From a virus, in the IMG/VR virus record IMGVR_UViG_3300034072_001395, positions 32,571 to 96,570 of that record: a stretch of 64,000 nt of DNA; one strand, written 5' to 3'. Positions 27,373 through 36,366 of this stretch are shown here, one piece after another. The notes below the pieces were generated by a model that searched no databases, was not told the origin of the DNA, and saw nothing but the letters and a program-made list of their open reading frames with translations. The translations under genes were made by a program, and so were the position numbers. Positions within the stretch are counted from its first letter, which is position 1. The number at the start of each line of letters is the position of its first letter.

Positions 27373-27708
27373 ATGACCACCGTGCCACCCACCGCGCCCC
27401 TCGTCCTCCCCTTCGCCGCCGTCGACGCTGACGGGGTGCCGCACTTCGGCACGGTCACGGTCACGGGGCTGCGCCGCCTCCCGATGATCGCCCTGGTCGG
27501 GGTGCCCGACCCTCGGACTGCCCGCGACCTCATCGATCTGGCTTTCGCTGGGGCGCGCCTGAGCCGCCCGCGGTGGCGCCTCGTGGTCGAAGTCGACGTG
27601 CCGGGCGCTGACGAGCGCACCGTGGCGCGCATGGGCCCCGGCATCCATGCGGCCGTGACGATGAGCTTGATGGTTTACGCCGCCCGGTGCGGTCTGGTTG
27701 TTGAGTAA
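27373..27708 (+). CDS. stand-alone ComM/YifB N-terminal (Lon-like) domain protein
   Basis: LPMIALVGVPD...ARDLI..AF.......PRWRLVVEV...GPGIHAAVTMSLM resembles ComM LP.F.IVGLPD...SR.RVR.A...SG..FP..RITVNL...GS.FDLPIA..IL. Confidence 0.55.
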   Translation: MTTVPPTAPLVLPFAAVDADGVPHFGTVTVTGLRRLPMIALVGVPDPRTARDLIDLAFAGARLSRPRWRLVVEVDVPGADERTVARMGPGIHAAVTMSLMVYAARCGLVVE

Positions 27709-27711
27709 CCC

Positions 27712-27740
27712 TTGCGCCTGTCGTATGGCCGAGATACTGT
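27712..27740 (+). promoter_or_regulatory. sigma70-like promoter
   Basis: TTGCGC-N17-TACTGT. Confidence 0.55.
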
Positions 27741-27829
27741 ATAGAGAGACATCGAGCCCGCCGGTCGGCCACGTCGACCCGCGCGCCCGGTGCCTCTGCC
27801 GGACCTGACCGCCTGAACTTGGAGCCCAC

Positions 27830-28123
27830 ATGCCCACCACCCGTCACGACTTCTTCCCCCCTCCGGCCATCGACCAGGACGTGCGGGCCATCCGCAGCGC
27901 CCTCGCCATCGCATACGGCGGGGCATCGCAGTACGGGCCCGCGGTGTTCGGGGCCTGCATCTTTGGCCACCAGAACAACGGCGGCATCCTGAGCGCGTAC
28001 CCGCCGGCCGAGGTGGCCGCGGAGTTCGGCCGACAGGAGGCCGAGCAGTTTGAGGCGCTCGACGCTGCCGTCGAGGCCGCCGTCGTGCTGCAGGCCGTGC
28101 AGGCCCTTTGGGGGCAGGTGTGA
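27830..28123 (+). CDS. hypothetical protein
   Basis: TGGAG RBS. Confidence 0.65.
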   Translation: MPTTRHDFFPPPAIDQDVRAIRSALAIAYGGASQYGPAVFGACIFGHQNNGGILSAYPPAEVAAEFGRQEAEQFEALDAAVEAAVVLQAVQALWGQV

Positions 28124-28193
28124 GCGCCTGGACCTTCGCCGCCGACGCGGCCCTCACCACCGCCCACGCCTCCTCTCACCTCTGGAGCCTGCA

Positions 28194-28805
28194 ATGAATG
28201 ACCCGACCTTCCTGCACTGGAACATTCACCTTGCCGTCGCGGGCGCGCTTTCCGTCGCCAGCCTCAACCTCGCGGGCCCCGCTCGTGACGGCGAGAAGCC
28301 CACGCATGCTTTCGTTCGCCGCATGCTCCCGCAACTCCGCCGGGCCTACGGAAGCCTGGTCAACATCAGCGGCGTGGAGGCCCTCATCGAGCCGTGGAAC
28401 GTCCTCGGCTGCGAGATCGCAACCCGCATGGGCTGGATCGATGCCAGCGCGTTTGTGAACTTCCGGTCGGTGCGGCACACCCAGGAGGGCCACGACATCT
28501 CGCGTGCGACGGAGATCCTCTACAAGTGGGCGCTTCGCGGCTACCCTGCTGGCTGGGTGGTGCCTCCGGCCAAGGAGCCCTTCTACTGGATCCGCATCGC
28601 CGATGTCCGGTTCGCGCTCAAGTTCACCCTCGGGCAGCACGACCCGCGGCCCATCACCTGCGCCATCCTCCCCGAGGAGGCCATGGTTCCGTGGCCGGTG
28701 GCCGGCCAGCCCGCGCCCGCCGAGGCAGCCTACGCCGTCCGCTACCACGCGCGCCCCGAGGACACGCGGCAGGCCGTCAAGGATCTTTCCGGGGAGGACT
28801 GGTAG
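28194..28805 (+). CDS. hypothetical protein
   Basis: TGGAG RBS. Confidence 0.65.
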   Translation: MNDPTFLHWNIHLAVAGALSVASLNLAGPARDGEKPTHAFVRRMLPQLRRAYGSLVNISGVEALIEPWNVLGCEIATRMGWIDASAFVNFRSVRHTQEGHDISRATEILYKWALRGYPAGWVVPPAKEPFYWIRIADVRFALKFTLGQHDPRPITCAILPEEAMVPWPVAGQPAPAEAAYAVRYHARPEDTRQAVKDLSGEDW

Positions 28806-29078
28806 ATGCCCGTCTACAACGTCTCACGCTACCGCCCCGGCCCCAACGCCACGCCGCAGCCCGGCCTCATCGAGCGCGCAGTCATCGTCTCGGAGCGCGG
28901 CCTGCCCCCCGAAACGCCCGGCACGCTGTTCTTCTGCGACACGGCGGTCGCCGTTCGGGCCGCTGGCCTCGGCCGGAAGGACGTGGCGGGCGAGCAACTC
29001 GGCTGGGTCCTGCGCGACGACGCCCCTGCGTTTGCGCCCCCGCCGCCGACCTGGGCGGACCTCACCCGCATCCCGTGA
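28806..29078 (+). CDS. hypothetical protein
   Basis: GGAGG RBS. Confidence 0.6.
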   Translation: MPVYNVSRYRPGPNATPQPGLIERAVIVSERGLPPETPGTLFFCDTAVAVRAAGLGRKDVAGEQLGWVLRDDAPAFAPPPPTWADLTRIP

Positions 29079-29088
29079 TGGAGCACCC

Positions 29089-29340
29089 GTGACTTCCCCT
29101 GGGACCCTCTCCACCCTCACCCTCCGCCGCTCCGCCCTCCGAGGCGCCCGTGGCGTTGGCCGCCTGGCCCGGCTGCGCCCCCTCGACCTGGGCCGCTGGC
29201 TCCTCGTGGTGCCGGCCACCGCCCGCGTCGGGCGCATCCACCGGCTCCGCCTGATCGCCGAGGACTACATGCCCGGCGACCTGTCGGACACCTTCACCCT
29301 GGTCCCGGGCCATCGCCGGCCCGACCTCCTCCCCTTCTGA
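29089..29340 (+). CDS. hypothetical protein
   Basis: GTG start after GGAG. Confidence 0.5.
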   Translation: MTSPGTLSTLTLRRSALRGARGVGRLARLRPLDLGRWLLVVPATARVGRIHRLRLIAEDYMPGDLSDTFTLVPGHRRPDLLPF

Positions 29341-29348
29341 GGCCCCGC

Positions 29349-29684
29349 ATGACTGACCCCTCCCCTCCGCCGATGTCCGCCCGCCCGTGGGGGCTGGATG
29401 ACGACCGGCTCCGCGAGCTGGTCGCCACCAGCACGGCCGCGACGTTCGATGTCGAGGCCATCGCCGCTGACCTCGGCCGCACGGTGTCCGCCGTGCGGAT
29501 GCGGATGTCCTCCCTCGGCATCCCCTCACCCCGCCCGCAGGGCAAGCCGCGGAGCGTGGTGTCCTTCTCGGACCCCACCCTGTACGCGAAGCTCCAGGCG
29601 CATGGCGATCCGGGCGAGGTTGCCAAGTCCATCATCACCGACTACTTCGCTGCGCAGGAGGCCGCCCGTGTCCACGATCGCTGA
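29349..29684 (+). CDS. helix-turn-helix DNA-binding protein
   Basis: W...DDRLREL...VEAIAADLGRTVSAVRMR...LGI (Myb/GcrA-like HTH). Confidence 0.7.
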   Translation: MTDPSPPPMSARPWGLDDDRLRELVATSTAATFDVEAIAADLGRTVSAVRMRMSSLGIPSPRPQGKPRSVVSFSDPTLYAKLQAHGDPGEVAKSIITDYFAAQEAARVHDR

Positions 29685-29841
29685 CCAGTCCGCCACAGCG
29701 GCGGCGCTGCTGATGCTCGCCGCCGCCATCAACCTCCTCCTCGGCGTGACGCTTCACGTCGACCACCTGCTCGCCGCCCTGGCGTGCAGCACCATCTCCG
29801 CCCTGGCTCTCACCGTCCACGTCCTCACCCGGAGCGTCTGA
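29668..29841 (+). CDS. small membrane protein
   Basis: Two hydrophobic helices; AGGAGG RBS. Confidence 0.55.
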   Translation: MSTIADQSATAAALLMLAAAINLLLGVTLHVDHLLAALACSTISALALTVHVLTRSV

Positions 29842-29843
29842 CT

Positions 29844-30134
29844 ATGCCCATCACCGCAAACGGAACGCCCACGTTCAACGTCGGCCGCCTGCCCTTCACC
29901 CCGAGCCTGCGCGTCGAGCCCGACACCGACGGCGACAAGTGCGCCCTGGTGGTCGGCAACTGCATCGACCCCATGGGCGCCTGGGGGGAGTGGTACGTCA
30001 CGGACACGCCCGCCTACTCCTACAAGGAGCTGGAGGGCCTGCTCGCCGAGGCCGTCGTGCGCGGCGACCTCGACACCGCCCAGCGCGACGCGCTGCTGAC
30101 CCAGGCGCATGGCGTCTGGAAGGTGGTCGCATGA
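29844..30134 (+). CDS. hypothetical protein
   Basis: Fits operon. Confidence 0.6.
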   Translation: MPITANGTPTFNVGRLPFTPSLRVEPDTDGDKCALVVGNCIDPMGAWGEWYVTDTPAYSYKELEGLLAEAVVRGDLDTAQRDALLTQAHGVWKVVA

Positions 30135-30523
30135 GCGCGCGTGTGATGGGTATTCTGAATGCCCGGCCGGCGACGGCCTTCGAGAAGAGCCAGATCGACA
30201 AGCTGATCGTCCTCGTCCGTGAGGAGGAGGGCATCAAGGTCGAGCTGTTCGAGGACCGTATCGCCCTTCTCACTGAGGACGACGACACCCTGGCGTGCGC
30301 TGCGGATCGCCTCTCACTCTGCATCGAGTTCACCGGCAGCGCCCTGTCGTGGCCGAACATCACGGGGGAGTGGCGCTATCGGGAGGACGACACGCGCTGC
30401 CGCGTTGACGAGATGGTCCGCTACGCCTACGGCAAAGAGGCCCAGGCCATCGCCAACCTCACCGGCGTCGCCATCACGGACGACTGCACCGGCGCCGTCT
30501 ACCGCCCCGAGGAGATCAACTGA
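30131..30523 (+). CDS. hypothetical protein
   Basis: ATGA coupling. Confidence 0.65.
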   Translation: MSARVMGILNARPATAFEKSQIDKLIVLVREEEGIKVELFEDRIALLTEDDDTLACAADRLSLCIEFTGSALSWPNITGEWRYREDDTRCRVDEMVRYAYGKEAQAIANLTGVAITDDCTGAVYRPEEIN

Positions 30524-30936
30524 TGGATCCGATCATCAAGCTGCCCGCCCCCATCGAGACGCCCGCCACCGACCGCCTGCGCGCCCTGATCGCGGCCTGC
30601 GCTGAGGCTGACGCGAAGTACCGCGCGGCGTCCACCGCGCATGACGCCGAGGTCCTGGCGGCGGCCTACGCGGGCGACACGGAGAGGGTCCAGGCCCTCG
30701 CGCAGTCGGCGCCGAAACCCAACACCGATCCGGAGCAGGCCCTTCGGCGCGAGGCAAGCGGCTTGCGCACGGCGGCGTGGCAGGAATACAGCGCCCTCCA
30801 AGTGCGGGCGCACACGCTGGAGGTGCTGATCGCGTGCGCGGATGAGGCGCTGTACGAGTGCCGTCGCCGCCAGGATGACATCCACGCCGCGATCGAGTAC
30901 GCCGAGAACCTGCCCGCAGAGAAGGAGAACACCTGA
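30523..30936 (+). CDS. hypothetical helical protein
   Basis: Ends in KENT junction. Confidence 0.65.
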   Translation: MDPIIKLPAPIETPATDRLRALIAACAEADAKYRAASTAHDAEVLAAAYAGDTERVQALAQSAPKPNTDPEQALRREASGLRTAAWQEYSALQVRAHTLEVLIACADEALYECRRRQDDIHAAIEYAENLPAEKENT

Positions 30937-31160
30937 TGGGCGTCATCGGTACGCCGGCCACCTACCGCTGCGATGCGTGTGGTGCGCTCGGCCAGGGCTT
31001 CACCCGCGAGATCCCCGACGGCTGGCTGGCGATCGTGTGGGTGCCCGGCTACCTTCGCCCGCCCGGCTTCGTGCCGCCACCCACCCGCGTCGTGTGCTCG
31101 AAGGCTTGCGCCGACGCGCTCGCCCCCCTCTGCAAGCCCCCGGAGATCGATCTGCCATGA
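30936..31160 (+). CDS. small Zn-finger-like protein
   Basis: CDACG...PDGW...CSKAC. Confidence 0.65.
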   Translation: MGVIGTPATYRCDACGALGQGFTREIPDGWLAIVWVPGYLRPPGFVPPPTRVVCSKACADALAPLCKPPEIDLP

Positions 31161-31423
31161 GCACCATCGCCCTCGACCACCCGCACCTGACGCTGCCCCG
31201 CCTCGACGGGAAGTTCCCGCCCGAGATGCTGGACGAGTTCTACTTCTACTGCCTCCACTTCGACGGGGAGCGCGACGCGGACGGGAAGCTCACATACCTC
31301 GTCATGGCGTCCTCCCTCGTCACCAACCGGGAGATGGCCGTCGGGTTCCTGCGCTCGACCGAGCGGGCCTCCAAGGCGCAGGTCGCCGCGCATGTCGGCA
31401 TCCCCCTGGAGATGCTGCGTTGA
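31157..31423 (+). CDS. hypothetical protein
   Basis: ATGA coupling. Confidence 0.6.
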   Translation: MSTIALDHPHLTLPRLDGKFPPEMLDEFYFYCLHFDGERDADGKLTYLVMASSLVTNREMAVGFLRSTERASKAQVAAHVGIPLEMLR

Positions 31424-31566
31424 TCCCGCTCACCATCACGGCGATCACGGCCGCCTACATCATCTTCGTCTGCGTCAAGTCCTGCTCCATGTCCTACCCC
31501 GAGGCCGTCATGTTCCGCGTGTTCTTCCTGCTCATCGCGCCCTGCGCGCTGCTGGTGGTGTTCTGA
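31420..31566 (+). CDS. small membrane protein
   Basis: Hydrophobic 48 aa coupled to the thyA start (TGATG). Confidence 0.5.
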   Translation: MIPLTITAITAAYIIFVCVKSCSMSYPEAVMFRVFFLLIAPCALLVVF

Positions 31567-32414
31567 TGCGCTTCGTCGAGCTGGACTACCTGAGCTACCT
31601 GCGCGCCCTGGTGCTTGGCACCGGCGCCGCCATGTCCTCCTGGCAGTCGGGCCGGACGAAGGAGCGGTGGCGCGCCCTGACCGTGCCCGTCACCCTCACC
31701 CACGAGGACAGGGATGACGGCAGCATCCCGCTCCTCCAGTCCAAGCGCATGCCGCCCGGCGTGCTGCTCACCGAGTTGGTCGGTTTCATCCGCGGTGAGA
31801 CCAACGAGCGGTGGTACAGCGAGCGCGGCTGCTCCATCTGGAAGGAGTGGGCCGCCGAGGATGGCGCGCTCGGGCCCATCTACGGCGCGCAGTGGCGTCG
31901 CTGGGACGGCGGCGGCGACGACATGCCTCCGCGTGACCAGTTGCTCGGCCTGGTCACCGCCCTGCGCCGTCAGGGCAACGACCGCCGCGGGCTCGTCTCC
32001 GCCTGGAACGTGGCCGACCTCAAGCGCATGGCGCTGCCGCCCTGCCACTTCGCCTTCCAGGCGATCGTGCTCGACGGCCGGCTCAACCTCACGGCCTTCA
32101 TGCGCAGCGGCGACTGGTTCCTGGGCGTGCCCTTCAACCTCGCCAGCTACGCCGTGCTCATGCACCTCCTGGCGCGCGAGGTCGGCGTCGCGCCGGGTCG
32201 GGTGTCGCTGGTTGTGAACAACCCGCACATCTACGAGAACCACCTCGACGCGGCCCGCGCACAGCTCGCCGTGGCCTACGGTGAGGCGGACTGCCCGACG
32301 CTCAGCGTCGCCGATGGCGTGTCGATCTTCAACCACGACTTCGACGTTGCGGCCGTGCGCATCGTCGGCTACAAGCCCCACGGTCCCCGCATCCCGGCCC
32401 CCGTGGCCGTCTGA
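31566..32414 (+). CDS. thyA: thymidylate synthase
   Basis: LGPIYGAQWR, SAWNV, MALPPCH, RSGDWFLGVPFN, HIYENH, C-terminal APVAV. Confidence 0.95.
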   Translation: MRFVELDYLSYLRALVLGTGAAMSSWQSGRTKERWRALTVPVTLTHEDRDDGSIPLLQSKRMPPGVLLTELVGFIRGETNERWYSERGCSIWKEWAAEDGALGPIYGAQWRRWDGGGDDMPPRDQLLGLVTALRRQGNDRRGLVSAWNVADLKRMALPPCHFAFQAIVLDGRLNLTAFMRSGDWFLGVPFNLASYAVLMHLLAREVGVAPGRVSLVVNNPHIYENHLDAARAQLAVAYGEADCPTLSVADGVSIFNHDFDVAAVRIVGYKPHGPRIPAPVAV

Positions 32415-32426
32415 AGGAGGTGCTCG

Positions 32427-32579
32427 ATGGCGAAGAAGAAGCAGCCGAAGTCCGATGGCGAGTTGGCCTGGCGTGCCGTGGGCAAGAGCGTCCGTGGCGC
32501 GGCGAACCTCGTCCGCGCGGTCGACAACATCCGCGCCGCGGCCGACAGCGTGAAGACGTTGCTCGGGGGCAAGGAGTAG
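32427..32579 (+). CDS. 50-aa basic protein (not in ORF track)
   Basis: AAGGAGGTG RBS; MAKKKQPKSDGELAWRAVG...LLGGKE. Confidence 0.6.
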   Translation: MAKKKQPKSDGELAWRAVGKSVRGAANLVRAVDNIRAAADSVKTLLGGKE

Positions 32580-32584
32580 TCACC

Positions 32585-32878
32585 GTGTGCTTCGACAGCA
32601 CCAACCCCAAGGTCCAGGCCCGGCGAGCCCGTCACGCCGAGCGTGATCTGGAGTGGCGCATCCGTGCGGCGCTCCGGCGTGTGCGCCCGACGACCGCCGC
32701 GCGATGGCGCGTGAAGCTGCGCGCGATGGACGCCGCAGTGGACGTGCTTGAAGGGGCGGAGGGGGACGAGGCGCAGATGGCCGCCTCGGTCGCCTGCATG
32801 GAAGCATGGGACGCCTTGCCACAACCCATCCGACGGGCTATCGACGGCAGCTTCACCTACCGCAACTACGAGCCGTAA
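32585..32878 (+). CDS. hypothetical protein
   Basis: GTG after AAGGAG. Confidence 0.55.
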   Translation: MCFDSTNPKVQARRARHAERDLEWRIRAALRRVRPTTAARWRVKLRAMDAAVDVLEGAEGDEAQMAASVACMEAWDALPQPIRRAIDGSFTYRNYEP

Positions 32879-32897
32879 CGGCTAAGGAGAACAACCG

Positions 32898-35405
32898 ATG
32901 AGCAAGAACCTGATCAAGAACCTCACCAACGCGCGCGTCGAGAAGGACGTGGAGAACGGCTACCGCTCCGAGATCAGCGCAGCCCGCCCCTCCGCCGTGT
33001 GGGCGTCGCCTCACGGCTGCGACGGGCACGCGACCTGGGAGGGCGCCGAGGCGCCCGCCACCGTGCGTCTGCTGCTCGAAGCCAAGCTCGACCAGAACCT
33101 CAAGGACCGCACCGCCGCGTGCAACGTGCTCGGGCAGATCGTCCTGTACCTCAAGCGGTTCGAGCAGTCCGGCGCGCCGCTCCCAAACGTCATCCTCGTG
33201 GGCGACCGGAACGAGTGCTTCGTGCTCGCCACGAGCGCGGTGCGCGGCTTCCTCGACATGAAGATCGACTGGACCGTGGCGCCCTCCAAGGGCAACCCCG
33301 AGCTGACGCGCGCCCTGGTCAGCGGCGTCAACGTCCTCCCCTTCGTCCACGAGGTCGGCGACGGCTTCGACTTCCGGGCCCTCGTGCGACACGTCGAGGT
33401 GCTCGCCGCGGGTGAACGGGCCAGCGTGCGCGCGACCCCGGCGAACCTCGGCGCCATCTTCGCCTACTGGCGCGACCGGGTGTTCCGCACCGGCAAGGGC
33501 GGGCAGGCGCTCTCACCGGCCGCGCAGGCCGACGTGTTCCTGCGCGCGCTGTTCGACCCCGAGGGCGTCTACCTGCACCCGATCAAGCCAGGCATCCTCG
33601 TGGTCCCCGGCTACGCCGACGGCGTGCTGGTCGACGCCGACCACTGGCGCTCGTTCTTCGCGCACTTCGAGCAGGGCTACCGCCCGTCCGAGGTCGCCGT
33701 GTTCATGGCGATGAAGGACCGCCTGCTGGATGACGACGCGCGCCGCCGGCAGGGCGCCTTCTTCACGCCGGCGCTGTGGGTCGCCGAGGCGCACAAGGAG
33801 GTCGAGCGCGTGCTCGGACCGGACTGGCGCCGCGACTGCGTGGTGTGGGACCCGGCTGCCGGCACGGGCAACCTGACGCGCGACTACTACGACTTCGGCT
33901 GCCTCATCTCCTCGACGGCCGAGAAGTCCGACGTGGAGGGCATGCGCCAGCACGGCTGGGGCGGGCACCACGTGTTCCAGTACGACTTCCTCAACCCGGG
34001 CGGCCCGTCTCCGTTCTTCGAGGACGCCGAGCAGAACGTGATCCCGGCGCGCGCGGACCGCGCTCTGCGGGAGGCGGCCCGTGAGGGCAAGCGCCTGGTG
34101 TTCTTCATGAACCCGCCCTACGGGACGGCAAACGACATGGGCGCCAAGGGAACGAGCAAGACCGGGATCGCGGACACGATGGTCGGCGCGAGCATGCGAA
34201 AGAAGAAGCTGGGCAGCGGCAGCGCGCAGCTCTACGCGCAGTTCATGTACCAGTGCCGACAGGTGGCAGAGCAGTACGGCTTCGGGGATTATCTGGTCGC
34301 CGTGTTCAGCCCGACGGCGTTCGTGTCGTCTGGCGGGTACCGGGGGTTCCGCGACTGGTGGTACGAGGGGCACGGGTACGAGGGCGGTTTCATGTTCCGG
34401 GCGTCGCACTTCGCAGATGTCTCGGGCGCCTGGGGGATCGCGCTGACCATGTGGAGCGGACGTGGAGAGACGTGCGCGCAGGAGCCAATCGACGTGCGGC
34501 TCACCGACGTGGAGGGCTTCAGCGTCCGCCGCGCTGGCACGAAGCGCCTCTACACGGCGGGCGGGCGGGCGGCGTCCGCGTGGGTGCGCGAGGGGAGCAA
34601 GGCGGACCCGGCGCAGGCGCCCGGGATGAGCAGCGGGCTGGTGCTCTCGCCGTCGCACCTCTGCGCCCCGCGTCTTGGTGCCCTGGCGTACATGAACTCG
34701 ATGGGCAACAACGTGCGAGAGTCGGGCGGAGGTGTCTACTACCTGTCTTGTGCGTCCAGCCGAGGTGACTTCCCCGTCCTCCCCTCCAACTGGCGCCGCG
34801 CCGTCGCCCTCTTCGGTGCGCGCAAGCTCGTCACGGGCAACTGGATCAACGACAAGGACGAGTACCTCGCCCCCGACGAGGCCGCGCCCGGCTACGAGCA
34901 GTGGGTCAACGACTGCCACGTCTACGCGCTCCTGCACCCGTCCAACAACTGCACCGCCATGCGCGACGTGCAGTATAAGGGCAAGTCCTGGCGCATCAAG
35001 AACCACTGGTTCTGGATCAAGCGGGCCGACGCGCTGCGGGCGCTGGACGACAAGCGCACGCCGACCCTGTACCGCGACTGCCAGATCGAGCAGGCGGGCG
35101 ACGCCTACTTCGCTGAGCAGATCGACACCATCACGCTGAGCCCCGACGCCCAGCGCGTCATCGACCTGGCCCGCTCGCTCTGGCACAAGTCGCTGCCCCT
35201 CCGCGAGAACTACTACGCCGGCCGCCACGTCTCGGACAAGGAGCCCGACCTGCACCTCAACGCCTGGGACGCCGGCGTGTACCAGTTGAAGAACATGTGG
35301 CGCGGCCTGTTCCCGGCGGAGTGGGAGGAGCTGCGGGCGGCGCACAAGGCCCTCGCCGAGCGCCTGCGCCCCGGCGTCTACGACTACGGGTTCCTCCGCC
35401 CTTAG
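32898..35405 (+). CDS. putative fused endonuclease-N6 adenine methyltransferase (Type IIG-like)
   Basis: N-term E..VE...DG...LLLEAK PD-(D/E)XK motif; GAFFTP, VWDPAAGTGNL, NPPYG; long C-terminal target-recognition region. Confidence 0.8.
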   Translation: MSKNLIKNLTNARVEKDVENGYRSEISAARPSAVWASPHGCDGHATWEGAEAPATVRLLLEAKLDQNLKDRTAACNVLGQIVLYLKRFEQSGAPLPNVILVGDRNECFVLATSAVRGFLDMKIDWTVAPSKGNPELTRALVSGVNVLPFVHEVGDGFDFRALVRHVEVLAAGERASVRATPANLGAIFAYWRDRVFRTGKGGQALSPAAQADVFLRALFDPEGVYLHPIKPGILVVPGYADGVLVDADHWRSFFAHFEQGYRPSEVAVFMAMKDRLLDDDARRRQGAFFTPALWVAEAHKEVERVLGPDWRRDCVVWDPAAGTGNLTRDYYDFGCLISSTAEKSDVEGMRQHGWGGHHVFQYDFLNPGGPSPFFEDAEQNVIPARADRALREAAREGKRLVFFMNPPYGTANDMGAKGTSKTGIADTMVGASMRKKKLGSGSAQLYAQFMYQCRQVAEQYGFGDYLVAVFSPTAFVSSGGYRGFRDWWYEGHGYEGGFMFRASHFADVSGAWGIALTMWSGRGETCAQEPIDVRLTDVEGFSVRRAGTKRLYTAGGRAASAWVREGSKADPAQAPGMSSGLVLSPSHLCAPRLGALAYMNSMGNNVRESGGGVYYLSCASSRGDFPVLPSNWRRAVALFGARKLVTGNWINDKDEYLAPDEAAPGYEQWVNDCHVYALLHPSNNCTAMRDVQYKGKSWRIKNHWFWIKRADALRALDDKRTPTLYRDCQIEQAGDAYFAEQIDTITLSPDAQRVIDLARSLWHKSLPLRENYYAGRHVSDKEPDLHLNAWDAGVYQLKNMWRGLFPAEWEELRAAHKALAERLRPGVYDYGFLRP

Positions 35406-35947
35406 ATCGCGGTCACGTCGATGATGACCCCGGCGTTCTCGGATGCCGGGGTCTTCTGCGTCCCGGCGCGGATGGCCTCGGTGAGCGCCTGGCCGACGGC
35501 CGCGAGCTGCTCCGCAGCGACCTGGCCCGCATCCTTCACGCCGGCGTAGCGGTCCTCGATCTTGCTGGCGTCGGCGCCCGTGAGCCCGGCGACTTCGAGG
35601 ATCTTGGCCGCCGCAGCGACGCGCGCCGCCGCCGGGAGGTCCGTGTTCTGGTGGATGTCGGCGAGGCTGGCGATGGCGTCCTGCGCCATCTCCAGCACCA
35701 CGTCACGCATCCCGACGCGCTTGCGGTTGAGCGCCGCCACCTTCGCTCGGGCGAGGTCCGGCACGGCATGGATGCCCAGGACAAGGGCGCTCTCGTCGAG
35801 CCCCGTCTCACGGGCGATGGCGGCCATCGACTTGTCGAGGCCGATGGCCGCCTCGACCTGGCGGACGAGCACATCGTCGAACGTCCAGGCCGGAGCGGCT
35901 GAGGTCGAGGCCCCGTAGGGCACCACGGCTTGCGTCTTCGGCGGCAT
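35402..35947 (-). CDS. putative terminase small subunit-like HTH protein
   Basis: HTH (SMAAIARETGL), AI..L..I......ARVAAA..IL..AG, C-terminal VIIDVT. Confidence 0.45.
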   Translation of the reverse strand: MPPKTQAVVPYGASTSAAPAWTFDDVLVRQVEAAIGLDKSMAAIARETGLDESALVLGIHAVPDLARAKVAALNRKRVGMRDVVLEMAQDAIASLADIHQNTDLPAAARVAAAAKILEVAGLTGADASKIEDRYAGVKDAGQVAAEQLAAVGQALTEAIRAGTQKTPASENAGVIIDVTAI

Positions 35948-35964
35948 GCGGGTAGTCTAACACG

Positions 35965-36354
35965 GTGATCCGCATCGTGCTCGCCATGACCCAGGACGGC
36001 TTCATCGCCCGACCCGACGGGCGCCTGCCCGTCCATGACCGGGAGGACCTGCGCGCCTTCCGCGCGATGACGATGGGGACCGACTGTGTGGTCGGCCGTG
36101 TCACGGCTGACACGTTGCCGCCGCTGCCGGGGCGACGCCTGCTTGTGATGTCGAGGTCGGCGGGTCTGCCCGACGTGGCCGCCGTCCTCCGAGAGCGCCG
36201 ACCTGGCGTGCCGCTCAGCGTCATCGGCGGCGCCCAGGTCTACGAGCTGTTCGCCAACATCGCCGATGCGTGGTCGGTCACCACGCTGGAGATGCGAGGA
36301 GGCCCAGGCTGGATCGGCCTGGGCCCTCGGATGCGGGAGGTGCTGGGACTGTAG
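35965..36354 (+). CDS. dihydrofolate reductase (short)
   Basis: A....GFI...G.LP....EDL..F...T.G...VGR.T..TL.PLPGR...V.SR, VIGGAQVY. Confidence 0.85.
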   Translation: MIRIVLAMTQDGFIARPDGRLPVHDREDLRAFRAMTMGTDCVVGRVTADTLPPLPGRRLLVMSRSAGLPDVAAVLRERRPGVPLSVIGGAQVYELFANIADAWSVTTLEMRGGPGWIGLGPRMREVLGL

Positions 36355-36366
36355 CTGGAGGTCCGG

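Noticed and set aside
31566-32414. ThyA homolog as a dCMP hydroxymethylase for base hypermodification
   Set aside because: Retains the dUMP-specifying Asn (PFN) and other canonical motifs, is accompanied by DHFR, and no glycosyltransferase or related modification genes were seen
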